A stretch of DNA of 64,000 bases. It comes from Setoptus koraiensis (Eukaryota > Animalia > Arthropoda). The first letter of the stretch is position 1. Every line of letters begins with the position of its first letter. Shown here one piece after another: positions 25,229 to 36,985 of the stretch. The notes below the pieces were generated by a model. That model made no database searches and was not told the origin of the DNA. It saw only the letters and a program-made list of their open reading frames with translations. The position numbers and the translations under genes are program-made. The DNA is taken from positions 5,146,001 to 5,210,000 of the forward strand of contig CM106585.1 in NCBI GenBank assembly GCA_048013815.1, read 5' to 3'.

Positions 25229-25888
25229 CTACATTAAAGTACAGTAATTTTTGATACTAAAAAAGTCCTGCTCCGTGGTGTTAGTATTCTTATTATGCGT
25301 ACCTCTTTTCTCTGATGAAGAATTATTGAGAGCCTTTGTCGGTGAGTTGCTTCGCTTCGAATTAGAAGAATTTGTCCGACTAGAGCCACGCGCCGTATGC
25401 TCATTAGTACTGTTAGTCGCGCTACTACTACTATTACTGTTGGCTAACTTTTTTGTTGATTTGGTATTAGGCGTATCAGATTTATTATGAGTAGTTTTGA
25501 TAGATTTAGAGGATTTTGTAGATTTAGCTGATGACGGTTTGTCGTTGTCGGTACGTTTTCGTTTTACTCCAGCGCTAGATGGATTATTGGGCGACTTAAA
25601 GTTAATAGAGTCACCGCCGAGGGAAATATTGCCCTCCGCTATGGGCGACACGGAGCTTCTTTGGGGCGCTTTTTTGGCAGTGGATTTTCTAGCAGGTGTC
25701 GACTTTTTAGTTGATGTTTGTTTGGGTGTCTGCTTAGCAGGAGTTTTGCTACCGGCTGTTGGTGTTTTGCTTTTAGCGCTGCCAGTTGAAGCTGTGGGCC
25801 TCTTTTTGGTTACGGAGGAGGTCTTAGGTCTGGGCGTAGACTTTTGTTTGCTAACCGCCTGTTTGGCGGGCGTAGCTGCTTTGGCCAT
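25229..25888 (-). CDS. Lys/Ser/Thr/Ala/Pro-rich basic disordered protein resembling a histone H1 tail, 219 aa
   Basis: ATG start, non-repetitive codons, many (S/T)P-x-K/R-like sites and a KRKR NLS-like motif. An AG 5 nt upstream of the ATG could be an acceptor for an upstream exon. Confidence 0.6.
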   Translation of the reverse strand: MAKAATPAKQAVSKQKSTPRPKTSSVTKKRPTASTGSAKSKTPTAGSKTPAKQTPKQTSTKKSTPARKSTAKKAPQRSSVSPIAEGNISLGGDSINFKSPNNPSSAGVKRKRTDNDKPSSAKSTKSSKSIKTTHNKSDTPNTKSTKKLANSNSSSSATNSTNEHTARGSSRTNSSNSKRSNSPTKALNNSSSEKRGTHNKNTNTTEQDFFSIKNYCTLM

Positions 25889-27339
25889 TTCGCTTGTATA
25901 ATTGAGTGTAAAATGTTGTGATAATAGACAGTGTGTATGTCAAATGTTGTGTTACCCGGTTGTGTGGTGCTGAGGGAAGCCCGTTGGATAAAATAAACGA
26001 TGGCGGGATAATAATAAATAATAATTAAAAGACGCCGAGACTTCAAGACGAATAGTGTGCTGGCTGATGAGACGATAATTGAATTATTATCAATGGTGGT
26101 ATCGCACGCATGAAGGAGTGTTCCAAATGATCTGTTGCTCGCACAAAGTATGTGCGTGTCCGTGGTGGTGGTGGTGGTTGTTGTTGTTGTTGTTGTTGTT
26201 ATCTATACTTGTTGAGTGGATCGTCATCTATGGTCGATTGATTGTTGCTGCCAATCAAGATCAACTCTGCTGAGCGATAGTTGTCAATGTCAATTAGTGT
26301 GTGTGCCCAATATCAAGGGCAGGTGCAGGTAATTAGTTGTAATTATAATAGTATTAGTGCAATGTTTGCGCTGTTAATAGAAATGATTGTCTGATATAAC
26401 TTATATCATGTAAGTGATGGGCACACGAGAACGTTTGCGTCTCTCGGCGATGGCAATTTTGCTGATTGTTGTTTCTTTTTTTTTAACATTTATTATGACA
26501 ATGTCACACGTATAGATAGATGCGCACTATTACTAGGTATGATGATAAAAGCCAGCTCTGTCTCTCTTTAGTTTATCTATTGCTGGTAGCAGCGTGAGCG
26601 ATAGTGGCGCAATAATGGCGCAGCCTAGTCAGTTGTGAGGAATCCAATCTGATCTCCATGTATACACACTGTTGCTTGTGCTTTGGCAACGTAATTCTCT
26701 GCCGCTCAGGCACACACACACTCACACACTTAAATTTAGACATACACACACGGTGTTACTGTAGCATTGGCGTTAGTGTGTTGCTGTTCGCAGCACTATA
26801 GTTTCCTCCATGGCGAACCATCTACACTATACTACCGCAGTATACCGCAGTATACCCCAGTAAATGCATGTTGCACTGGCTACCAGCATACGACCACGAC
26901 TCACGCTCACACACATCATTCTGTAACGCACTGTACGCTGTAGCAATATCGCCATCGAATAATATTTGGCTGCGCCAGTCTGTAGCAGAAGTAGCGCGCG
27001 CTTTCACAACATCATTCGGGGGGAAAAACTAAGTTAATATGGGGATACGCAGAGTATGGCAGCAAAAACCGTTTATTGTGAGCCAAATTGTTGTTCTTGT
27101 TCGTCGTTTTGTGGGCGCCACTCTGCCGACTTCATCCATTAATGATGCATCTATGCTTCTATTCGCTGAACCCACCGACAACTGCCATAGGCTCACACAC
27201 ACACACAAACACACTCACACACAACGACTTCACCAATCCATGTCTGCCACTGCACACACTCGCACACACACACACACGGTGTGGAACCTGGTTTGACAAA
27301 CCGCGCCTAAAGGCACAATTGTGGCGCGCTGCCAGTACT

Positions 27340-27611
27340 GTGTGCGCTTTTTCCACTGTCCTTTTGCCAAGTTCATTTTTATTCCGCCAGGTCGGCGCTC
27401 GTGGATTTTAACATGCAGTGTGAGCGAGTAGCAGTTAAACTTGCGTAGGGCTTACACTGCACTCAACTGCTAGAATGAATGCTCAATAGATAATCAAAAT
27501 AAATACACATTTAACGTAGCACTCTGCTTTTGTGTGCATCCAAACACGCTCTGCGCGCTTCTGGCGGAATAAAAATGAACTTCGCAAAGGGACACTGGAA
27601 AAAGCGAACAC
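27340..27611. repeat. 51-bp inverted repeat (27340-27390 / 27561-27611) with 170-nt spacer
   Basis: Arms match at 47/51 positions; the inner 22 nt (AAGTTCATTTTTATTCCGCCAG) are perfect. Confidence 0.9.
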
Positions 27612-27941
27612 ACTAGCACAGTGCGCTGTGTGCGCGCTTTCCAATACACACCGGGTGGCTTGTTTGAAATCCGTCAGGGGCGCACAAAGCCATCCAGAAT
27701 GTATCTACAAGCGTAGAGTTTTACATGTAAATGTTTCTCTTATTTGCATGCGCGCCTATGATGCCTTGAAGCAGATTATTAACCCAAAGGCACGGTCCTG
27801 CAGAAAAGTACTCACAATGCTTCAAAAAATTCAATTGCGCCGCCCTGGCGGGCTCAAAAGAAAACTACCGGATGTGTTTGGAAAAGAAAACGCGCACACT
27901 ATAGCTGAAAACGACATCCATGTTCTGTTCTCGCTCTGTGG

Positions 27942-28381
27942 TAGTGCTGGGGTCAGGGGCATGCCCTGGTTGGGTATACCCGAACCTGGTCAGGCCTCTC
28001 TAATGCATTGAGCATCAATTCAACTTCCGGTTCAGATTATCTGAATCAGATCGGCCTGGCCATTAGGAACGATAAAAAGTGACGAAAAGTTTAAAAAACC
28101 CTGTAGAATGACTCAAATTAGCTATTGAAAGTGGCCCTTGAGCCAAAATCTGTGTCAGACATATCGCGGACAGTGCTTGAAACTGCGCAATGAGTGAGAG
28201 AGACCTCTTTCAATAGTGATTCTAGGGTCTTCCTACGAGGCTCTTTACTTAACTTGACTTTTTATTGTTCCTCATAGCAAGGGTGATCTGAACCGGAAGT
28301 TGAATTGATGCTCGATGCATTAGAGAGGCCTGCCCATGTTTGGGTATACCCAACCAGGGCATGCCCCTGACCCCAGCACTA
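27942..28381. mobile_element. MITE (non-autonomous DNA transposon), 440 bp, 96-bp TIRs, possibly hAT-type
   Basis: TIRs 27942-28037 and 28286-28381 match at 92/96 and begin TAGTGCTGGG. The 8-nt flanks CTCTGTGG and CACTGCGT match at 5/8 (possible decayed TSD). No coding capacity. Confidence 0.7.
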
Positions 28382-29342
28382 CACTGCGTGCACTTTTTCC
28401 AATGAACTTACAACGGCTTCTAAAAGAATCCGATAGGGCGGCGCTACTCAGCTCTCTGTTAGAGAATAGCGGTCGATAATGAGATCTGCAGGAACCGAAT
28501 TGCAAATGAGAAGGGTCCCCATTTGTACATAATACTATTTCAACGCTCCCTCTATTTTCCGTGGATTCTGATTGTCCAATGATTCGGCCCACTGTCGGAG
28601 TGCGCGTTGTCTGCCTTCATCTCAGGTAGTTGATGATGCAATGGATGAATAATTTAGAAAGTTTTGGCCAGACAGGGGTCTCGATCGGGCAATTTGAAGT
28701 TGAGCTGGCTTCGTATCTGAAGCCGATCTATGCTGCTTTCATCGATCAGCTGACAAAATGTCGGAGAAATCTTTGATGAGATTATCATAGATAATTTTAG
28801 AGAAAAAAAGTTCTATCTGTAACTGTCAGGTGTTTCATAAGGTGTGATGGGTAATTACCGGCATATGATTATGCTAACGACATACTTATGGCAGTAAGAT
28901 AGCGAAAGTGACAGGTGGTGAAAGGACGCTTAGACACGGAGCTAAGTGCAACTCTAGACGAATAGATTTAGTGTAATCGATATTTGATATCAGCGACTAC
29001 AAAAATAGTTTGTGAAATTACAGGTAAAACACTTCATTTTGATAGCTAATCGAGGATATGCATATATATAAATATATACACATATTTAAGACTTATTTGG
29101 GCAACATTATTAAATATAATCATTGATAATATCACTAAATATAAACGATAGTGTATGTACAGATATCTGACAGGATTTACTAATTAGGATAATTAACTAA
29201 TTTTATTAATAATCAGTCGATTTCATTATTAATAACAATTAATTAATATTATTAATAGGCGTTCTGATTAGTAATACAATATTATCATGGATCAATGATA
29301 AGTATAATAAATAATAAGCTTTAAGGTAAGTTTCTAGCTCAT

Positions 29343-30760
29343 TTAAGTCATCTGATTCGAGGGTTCACCGGTAGGTACCACGGGAGAAAATTTATCCGCA
29401 AATCGTTTTCGTTGCCGTCTATTTGTGAACCATTTTCTAATACTTCTTGTGGGAATATTTCTGCAAGAAAAAGAAAAGAAAATAATCGTTAGTTTTCATA
29501 CGAAGTGGAGATGCATGATGATGGGAAAATGGAGATGAAGGCTTGACGGCGCAGCAACAGTTGTTACATCATTGAGAGTACTTACAATTCTTCAGATATA
29601 ACATCTAGTTGCCAACGATCAGGGTGGTTGTTTTTGGCGAATGAATCTTCGAGGTACTGTTTGGCCTTTTCATTAAATAGAACAACTTTTCTTTTTCTCT
29701 CTCTAGGTACCTTCGATACTGCAGGCATGAGATCCAAAGTTTTACCGCTTCTTCTCTGTTTCTCTGCCCACCTCAACCAGTCTTTGAGCATTGGTATCAA
29801 TTGGAGGGCTCTTTCAGGTTCCATTTGTAAATTCTCAAAATGGTAGATAATGGCGTCTGTGCATGGCTGTTGACCACTTGTGAAGGCTCTTAAGCTTTGA
29901 GCGGCGCCTTTTTGGCTGAGACGGATATATTTACGGCGTTGTTTGAGTTCTTGTGCGAACTCTTGGATGATTTGTTTACTCTTTTCAGTCTCGTCATAAT
30001 CTTTCCTAATAATTGAATTGTCGTTGTGATGAGAATGGTCATGTGTCATGGAGCTAAACTCTTTGTCGTCTGCGTCATCATCATAATCGTCCTGATCATT
30101 AAGATCGTCTTGCTGAGTATCATCAAAGTCGTCCGTATCGTCGAATGAATCGATGTCGCCATCAAGTCCATCCTGGTATGATTGATTGTGATGTAAATGA
30201 TGCCGGTGTAAATTGTTTAAATGAGTTGCATGATTTGAGAGATGTTGATGCAATTGATGGTGATTGTGGCGATGCTTTGGTTCGGGAATGAGGTCTTCTT
30301 GGTGGTGAGTTTCATGAGATTCTAGATAGTCAATAACAGGGCTACCATTTGATGAGGAGGTGGTGGTATTTGTCTGTAGAGATTGTTGACGAGATCTCCT
30401 AGATTTGGTGGCTAAATTCAAACACTGTGCTGACCATGACTGATTGTTGTTGTTACTACAGTTGTTTGATAGTGGCACATCTGTTGCTGCCGATGGGTCC
30501 TGGTGAGTTTGTTTCAGATGCTTTTGTTGTTGCTCGTGCAGGAGTTGTTGCGTATGTAGCAATTGTTGTTGCTGGTGTGAATTTGGTTGATTTTGTTGTA
30601 GGACGGTGACGGCTGCTAAAGCAAAGGCCTTGAGTAGAGCTGCCTGCTCCTCAGAGAGACTGGACGAAATTAAAGCTAAATTTGCGAGGGATGAGGCCAA
30701 TTCGGTATTTTCAGTGTTGACACCGATGTTATTACTGCAAGCAGTGGCTGTCTTATCCAT
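29343..30760 (-). CDS. Divergent POU-domain transcription factor (class VI / pdm3-POU6F-like), copy A, 430 aa: exons 30760..29586 and 29460..29343
   Basis: POU-specific-like EFAQELKQRRKYIRLSQ...FENL...LIPMLKDWLRWAE; homeodomain RKRKVVLF...EEL|NIPTRSIRKWFTNRRQ completed by splicing a GTAAGT..TTGCAG intron. The P..A..L.P.L..WL..AE.....G...LM pattern fits class VI. Confidence 0.85.
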
Positions 30761-33700
30761 GCTGATTGGAATGTGCTAATATGTGTCTAGGTAACGATTC
30801 TAAAGGCTGTGCATGTTAGGTGACAGTTGATTTAAATGATTGAATCGTGTGCTTGTCTAGATATCCTCATTGTCCGGCATAATTGGTGATAAATATTTTC
30901 TAAGACAGGAGAGCACGAGGAGGTTCTAGGGGACGGCGTCGTGGACTGTAAAACACAATGGCGTAGATGAAAGAGCCGAGACAGAACAAAAACGTCTAGG
31001 GCAAAGAACACGAGTTGAGCATGGAACAAAGAAAATGAACGCAACACACAGGAAAGGGGAAGGCACGTTGTGCTAGACTTAGCGTTGCACACAACACACA
31101 CACACACACACGCACACACGCACAAACACACAGACTATTTTCTAGCGCACACACACGCACACAGAAACACACACGATAGGCAGCACGAGTGATAAAGCGA
31201 GAGCGTTAGACAACGCGCACAGAAGGCACAGCGACAGGAGAGAGCGATAGAGACAGGGAGGCACATGAGCAGGCAGTCTCTTTCCCCTGAGTGTCGCTCT
31301 TTGTTCCATCAGATACGTTCAACTCGTGTTTCTCCTCGATACAACGCGACGATGCAAAGATAGCACACAAACATTCGTTTATGCTGCACAACCCAAACTC
31401 ATATGTCTGCGTGTGTGTGTGTGTGTGTGTGCATGCTTTTGCTAACGATTGCTGTCGCTGTCGTTGCCGCCGCTGCTGCTGTTGCTTCTGCCTTCCCCCA
31501 CTGGACTTCCCTCCGAATCGAACCAACGACCAGCGCGACCAGCGAGAGCTCAAACGGGGAAGATCTGTCCCTATATCCATGTCTACATGACTGCATGCAG
31601 TTGAGTTGTGCATAGGAACACTTCATGACAGAACGCTACCATCACAACTGCCCATAGACGCCACCAGGCCTGGCGCATATTAACGTATATATCGCTCGCA
31701 AACATGAAGCCAGCGCGTCCCCTGGTCGTTATGTGATGGTGGCTTGAGTTAGCGCGCTTTGTGCTCGAATGATGTGTGCGTTCATGTCTGTACGTTAGAG
31801 TGACTCACACACACACACACACTCACACACACATACAATGGTTCATTTTGGTGGTGGACTGTTGGGGCAAATTGCAGTTTGCGCTCAACAACAACAACAA
31901 CAACAGCAACACCAGCGCAGAGCGCGGTCCAGTGTGTTGTTGCAGTGGCATAGGCAGGATTAGCAGTAGGTTGCAGCTAACATTGAATTCATTGCAGACT
32001 GCAGTCTGCAGCCTACCGACAGCAGAAGGGCCGAAGCGAACAACAACAACAACCACTGGCTACTCGCTTTTCACTCGATAGCTTCAAGGTGGGGGTCGCA
32101 AACACGAGCTCGCAGGAGCACACACACACACACACACACGCTTGCATTTACGCAGACATGCTTAGGCACAGACGCACACACACACACATTACAGTCGGAC
32201 GAGCCAAGATTTCATTTCCCTCGCTTTTCTTGCTTTGTGCTCATTTCTTCTCTGTTCATGTTTTGCACACAAAGAGACTCGGGCGCACACGCAGGGGATG
32301 TTGATTGTGCTGCTGCTGCTGCGGCGAGCATTATAGTTTGCGCTGCTCTTGTTGTTGTTGCTGCCGCTGCCGCCGCCGTATAGGTAGGCAGCCACCGGCA
32401 GCCGTGTAGCAGAGGCAGTAGTTGTCGTTGTTGCCGGTGTTGTTGTTACTGTTGTCGCTGTTGCCGGCGATGATTTGAGAATGGACAAAAACGCGCGCTT
32501 CACAGGAAGCTCGCGCTCTATCGGAGTCGCCACAGCGATATGAGCATATCCGAGAGGGGAAAATTATTGAAAACATACTGTTGCCTAATGCCAGTCTTTC
32601 ATTCATCGATATCACTGCTATTGTCGCCTAGTCCAGTTTCCAGGTTATTTCTTAATGAAGTTGCTACCTATGCGCGATTCGATTGCAACCCGAAAGAAAA
32701 AAATCGACGTCAGGGCTGCCTCTTTTTTACGACTCTACAGCTACCTGTCTCACGAGTCCTGTGAGCCTTGTGAGAAGTGCTTGCGCTGGTATAGCACAGT
32801 CGAGAGCTAACCGAAAATTGTCACTAATGATTGAAAGTAGAACAACAAGTTGTCACTTATTTTGCAATTTGCATTCGTTTGTCAGCGCGTTTGAAAAAAT
32901 TGCCCGAGTTAAATGTAATGATCGCTCTATGACTCATGCTGTACTAGTATAGTAAAAGTATATAAGTTGACCGAGAAGTTGATCTGAGAACGGGTCTCGT
33001 TGTAAACTAGACGCTTGCATACGATCTGCGAATTGACGCCTCGCCAGCAAACTAGCGACGCAAAGTCTAATCGTTTCGTCTGTCTATCAACGTTTCATTT
33101 GCTAGTGTCTCGCGCTGAACTGGAAACACAAAAGTGCGTGGCGTCCAACATGTGATATAGAAGCAATATCGGCGAGCGATTGTATAGATGCATCGCTGAT
33201 ATCACAATTTGGCCTGGCTAACAAGATGAGTCTACCCTTTGTAAGCGTATATCTTTACACATTAATGTGTTTGCCTGTTTGCGTCTTATAGTCTGCTCTG
33301 TCCTTCCTGTCTGTCTGTTTGTTTGTCTCTTTCTCTCTCGCTCTATCTGCCGAGCAGCAGCTGCCGCAGCATCTGCGCTCGCGTGGCTGCGCCAAAAGCT
33401 ACAGCGTTACACATGCCTTTCCTTAGCTTGATTTATTTCTGCAGTTGTTGTTGTTGCTGCTGTTGTTGCAGACTAGCAGCAGCAGCAGCATCAAGTTCAT
33501 TGCGCCGGCGCGCTAACGCAGATGCAGTCTGCGAGCGATGTGAGCACTATTCAAGGCTACAAGGTCAAAAACAAGTAAGCAGGCAGGCGGGCATAATGTT
33601 GAGTTGAACACATATAAATCCTCCAATATAGTGAGTTTACTGGCGAACATAGAGCAAACTAGGCACAACCTGGTTTTTGTAGAACCACTGTCCCCTTATC

Positions 33701-34847
33701 ACCTCAGACAGCAGGCTCGATATTGTAGCATTCGAGTGGTGAAATAATGCGAGCTTCCTACGAAGCGCGCGTATTTGTCCATTCTCAAATCATCGCCGGC
33801 AACAGCGACAACAGTAACAACAACACCGGCAACAACGACAACTACTGCCTCTGCTACACGGCTGCCGGTGGCTGCCTACCTATACGGCGGCGGCAGCGGC
33901 GGCAGCAACAACAACAAGAGCAGCGCAAACTATAATGCTCGCTGCAGCAGCAGCACAATCAACATCCCCTGCGTGTGCGCCCGAGTCTCTTTGTGTGCAA
34001 AACATGAACAGAGAAGAAATGAGCACAAAGCAAGAAAAGCGAGGGAAATGAAATCTTGGCTCGTCCGACTGTAATGTGTGTGTGTGTGCGTCTGTGCCTA
34101 AGCATGTCTGCGTAAATGCAAGCGTGTGTGTGTGTGTGTGTGTGCTCCTGCGAGCTCGTGTTTGCGACCCCCACCTTGAAGCTATCGAGTGAAAAGCGAG
34201 TAGCCAGTGGTTGTTGTTGTTGTTCGCTTCGGCCCTTCTGCTGTCGGTAGGCTGCAGACTGCAGTCTGCAATGAATTCAATGTTAGCTGCAACCTACTGC
34301 TAATCCTGCCTATGCCACTGCAACAACACACTGGACCGCGCTCTGCGCTGGTGTTGCTGTTGTTGTTGTTGTTGTTGTTGAGCGCAAACTGCAATTTGCC
34401 CCAACAGTCCACCACCAAAATGAACCATTGTATGTGTGTGAGTGTGTGTGTGTGTGAGTCACTCTAACGTACAGACATGAACGCACACATCATTCGAGCA
34501 CAAAGCGCGCTAACTCAAGCCACCATCACATAACGACCAGGGGACGCGCTGGCTTCATGTTTGCGAGCGATATATACGTTAATATGCGCCAGGCCTGGTG
34601 GCGTCTATGGGCAGTTGTGATGGTAGCGTTCTGTCATGAAGTGTTCCTATGCACAACTCAACTGCATGCAGTCATGTAGACATGGATATAGGGACAGATC
34701 TTCCTCGTTTGAGCTCTCGCTGGTCGCGCTGGTCGCTGGTTCGATTCGGAGGGAAGTCCAGTGGGGGAAGGCAGAAGCAACAGCAGCAGCAGCGGCGGCG
34801 GCAACGACAGCGGCAACGACAGCGACAGCAATCGTTAGCAAAAGCAT

Positions 34848-34882
<35 letters not shown>

Positions 34883-35534
34883 GACATATGAGTTTGGGTT
34901 GTGCAGCATAAACGAATGTTTGTGTGCTATCTTTGCATCGTCGCGTTGTATCGAGGAGAAACACGAGTTGAACGTATCTGATGGAACAAAGAGCGACACT
35001 CAGGGGAAAGGGACTGCCTGCTCATGTGCCTCCCTGTCTCTATCGCTCTCTCCTGACGCTGTGCCTTCTGTGCGCGTTGTCTAACGCTCTCGCTTTATCA
35101 CTCGTGCTGCCTATCGTGTGTGTTTCTGTGTGCGTGTGTGTGCGCTAGAAAATAGTCTGTGTGTTTGTGCGTGTGTGCGTGTGTGTGTGTGTGTGTTGTG
35201 TGCAACGCTAAGTCTAGCACAACGTGCCTTCCCCTTTCCTGTGTGTTGCGTTCATTTTCTTTGTTCCATGCTCAACTCGTGTTCTTTGCCCTAGACGTTT
35301 TTGTTCTGTCTCGGCTCTTTCATCTACGCCATTGTGTTTTACAGTCCACGACGCCGTCCCCTAGAACCTCCTCGTGCTCTCCTGTCTTAGAAAATATTTA
35401 TCACCAATTATGCCGGACAATGAAGAAATCTAGACCTCCCGACAGAGATCATTGTATTGTATTAATGAACTGTCACCTATAATGATAATATATAGAAACT
35501 GTTAACAATCAAGTAACTTAATTCACCTACTAGC

Positions 35535-36985
35535 ATGGATAAGACAGTCAGAGCATGTAGCAACAGTATTGGTGTCAATACAGAAAACACCGAGCTTGCA
35601 TCATCTCTTGCAAATTTAGCTTTAATTTCGTCCAGTTTAACCGAAGAGCAGGCAGCAGTATTAAAAGTTGTTGTTAATTTAGCAGCAGTTGCTGTTCTCC
35701 AACAAAACCAACCCAATTCAAATCAACAATTACCAACTCAACGAGCACACCACCAAACAACCAATTCAACATTATCGCAACAACATCAGTCCAAACTCCT
35801 ATATCAGCAACAAGAAGACTTAGTGGCGGCCACAAATGCATCATACTTAAATAATAATAGTAACAACAACAACATCAACAACAATCAGTCATGGTCAGCA
35901 CAGTGTTTGAATTTAGCCACCAAATCTAGGAGATCTCGTCAACAATCTCTACAGACAAATACCACCACCTCCTCATCAAATGGTAGCCCTGTTATTGACT
36001 ATCTAGAATCTCATGAAACTCACCACCAAGAAGACCTCATTCCCGAACCAAAGCATCGCCACAATCACCATCAATTGCATCAACATCTCTCAAATCATGC
36101 AACTCATTTAAACAATTTACACCGGCATCACTTACATCACAATCAATCATACCAGGATGGACTTGATGGCGACATCGATTCATTCGACGATACGGACGAC
36201 TTTGATGATACTCAGCAAGACGATCTTAATGATCAGGACGATTATGATGATGACGCAGACGACAAAGAGTTTAGCTCCATGACACATGACCATTCTCATC
36301 ACAACGACAATTCAATTATTAGGAAAGATTATGACGAGACTGAAAAGAGTAAACAAATCATCCAAGAGTTCGCCCAAGAACTCAAACAACGCCGTAAATA
36401 TATCCGTCTCAGCCAAAAAGGCGCCGCTCAAAGCTTAAGAGCCTTCACAAGTGGTCAACAGCCATGCACAGACGCCATTATCTACCATTTTGAGAATTTA
36501 CAAATGGAACCTGAAAGAGCCCTCCAATTGATACCAATGCTCAAAGACTGGTTGAGGTGGGCAGAGAAACAGAGAAGAAGCGGTAAAACTTTGGATCTCA
36601 TGCCTGCAGTATCGAAGGTACCTAGAGAGAGAAAAAGAAAAGTTGTTCTATTTAATGAAAAGGCCAAACAGTACCTCGAAGATTCATTCGCCAAAAACAA
36701 CCACCCTGATCGTTGGCAACTAGATGTTATATCTGAAGAATTGTAAGTACTCTCAATGATGTAACAACTGTTGCTGCGCCGTCAAGCCTTCATCTCCATT
36801 TTCCCATCATCATGCATCTCCACTTTGTATGAAAACTAACGATTATTTTCTTTTCTTTCTCTTGCAGAAATATTCCCACAAGAAGTATTAGAAAATGGTT
36901 CACAAATAGACGGCAACGAAAACGATTTGCGGATAAATTTTCTCCCGTGGTACCTACCGGTGAACCCTCTGATCAGATGACTTAA
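35535..36985 (+). CDS. Divergent POU-domain transcription factor, copy B, 441 aa: join(35535..36742,36868..36985)
   Basis: Same domains and intron as copy A; identical protein from NQSWSAQ onward except PSDQMT vs PSNQMT at the C-terminus. Confidence 0.85.

Noticed and set aside
33775-34074. S/T/G/N-rich frame that could splice (ACT|GTAATG to AG|C-ATG) in frame onto the POU ORF; mirror at 32189-32533
   Set aside because: No ATG upstream of that donor in this frame except a late one near its end; built from simple repeats; weak donor. More likely 5' UTR, although RNA-seq could overturn this.
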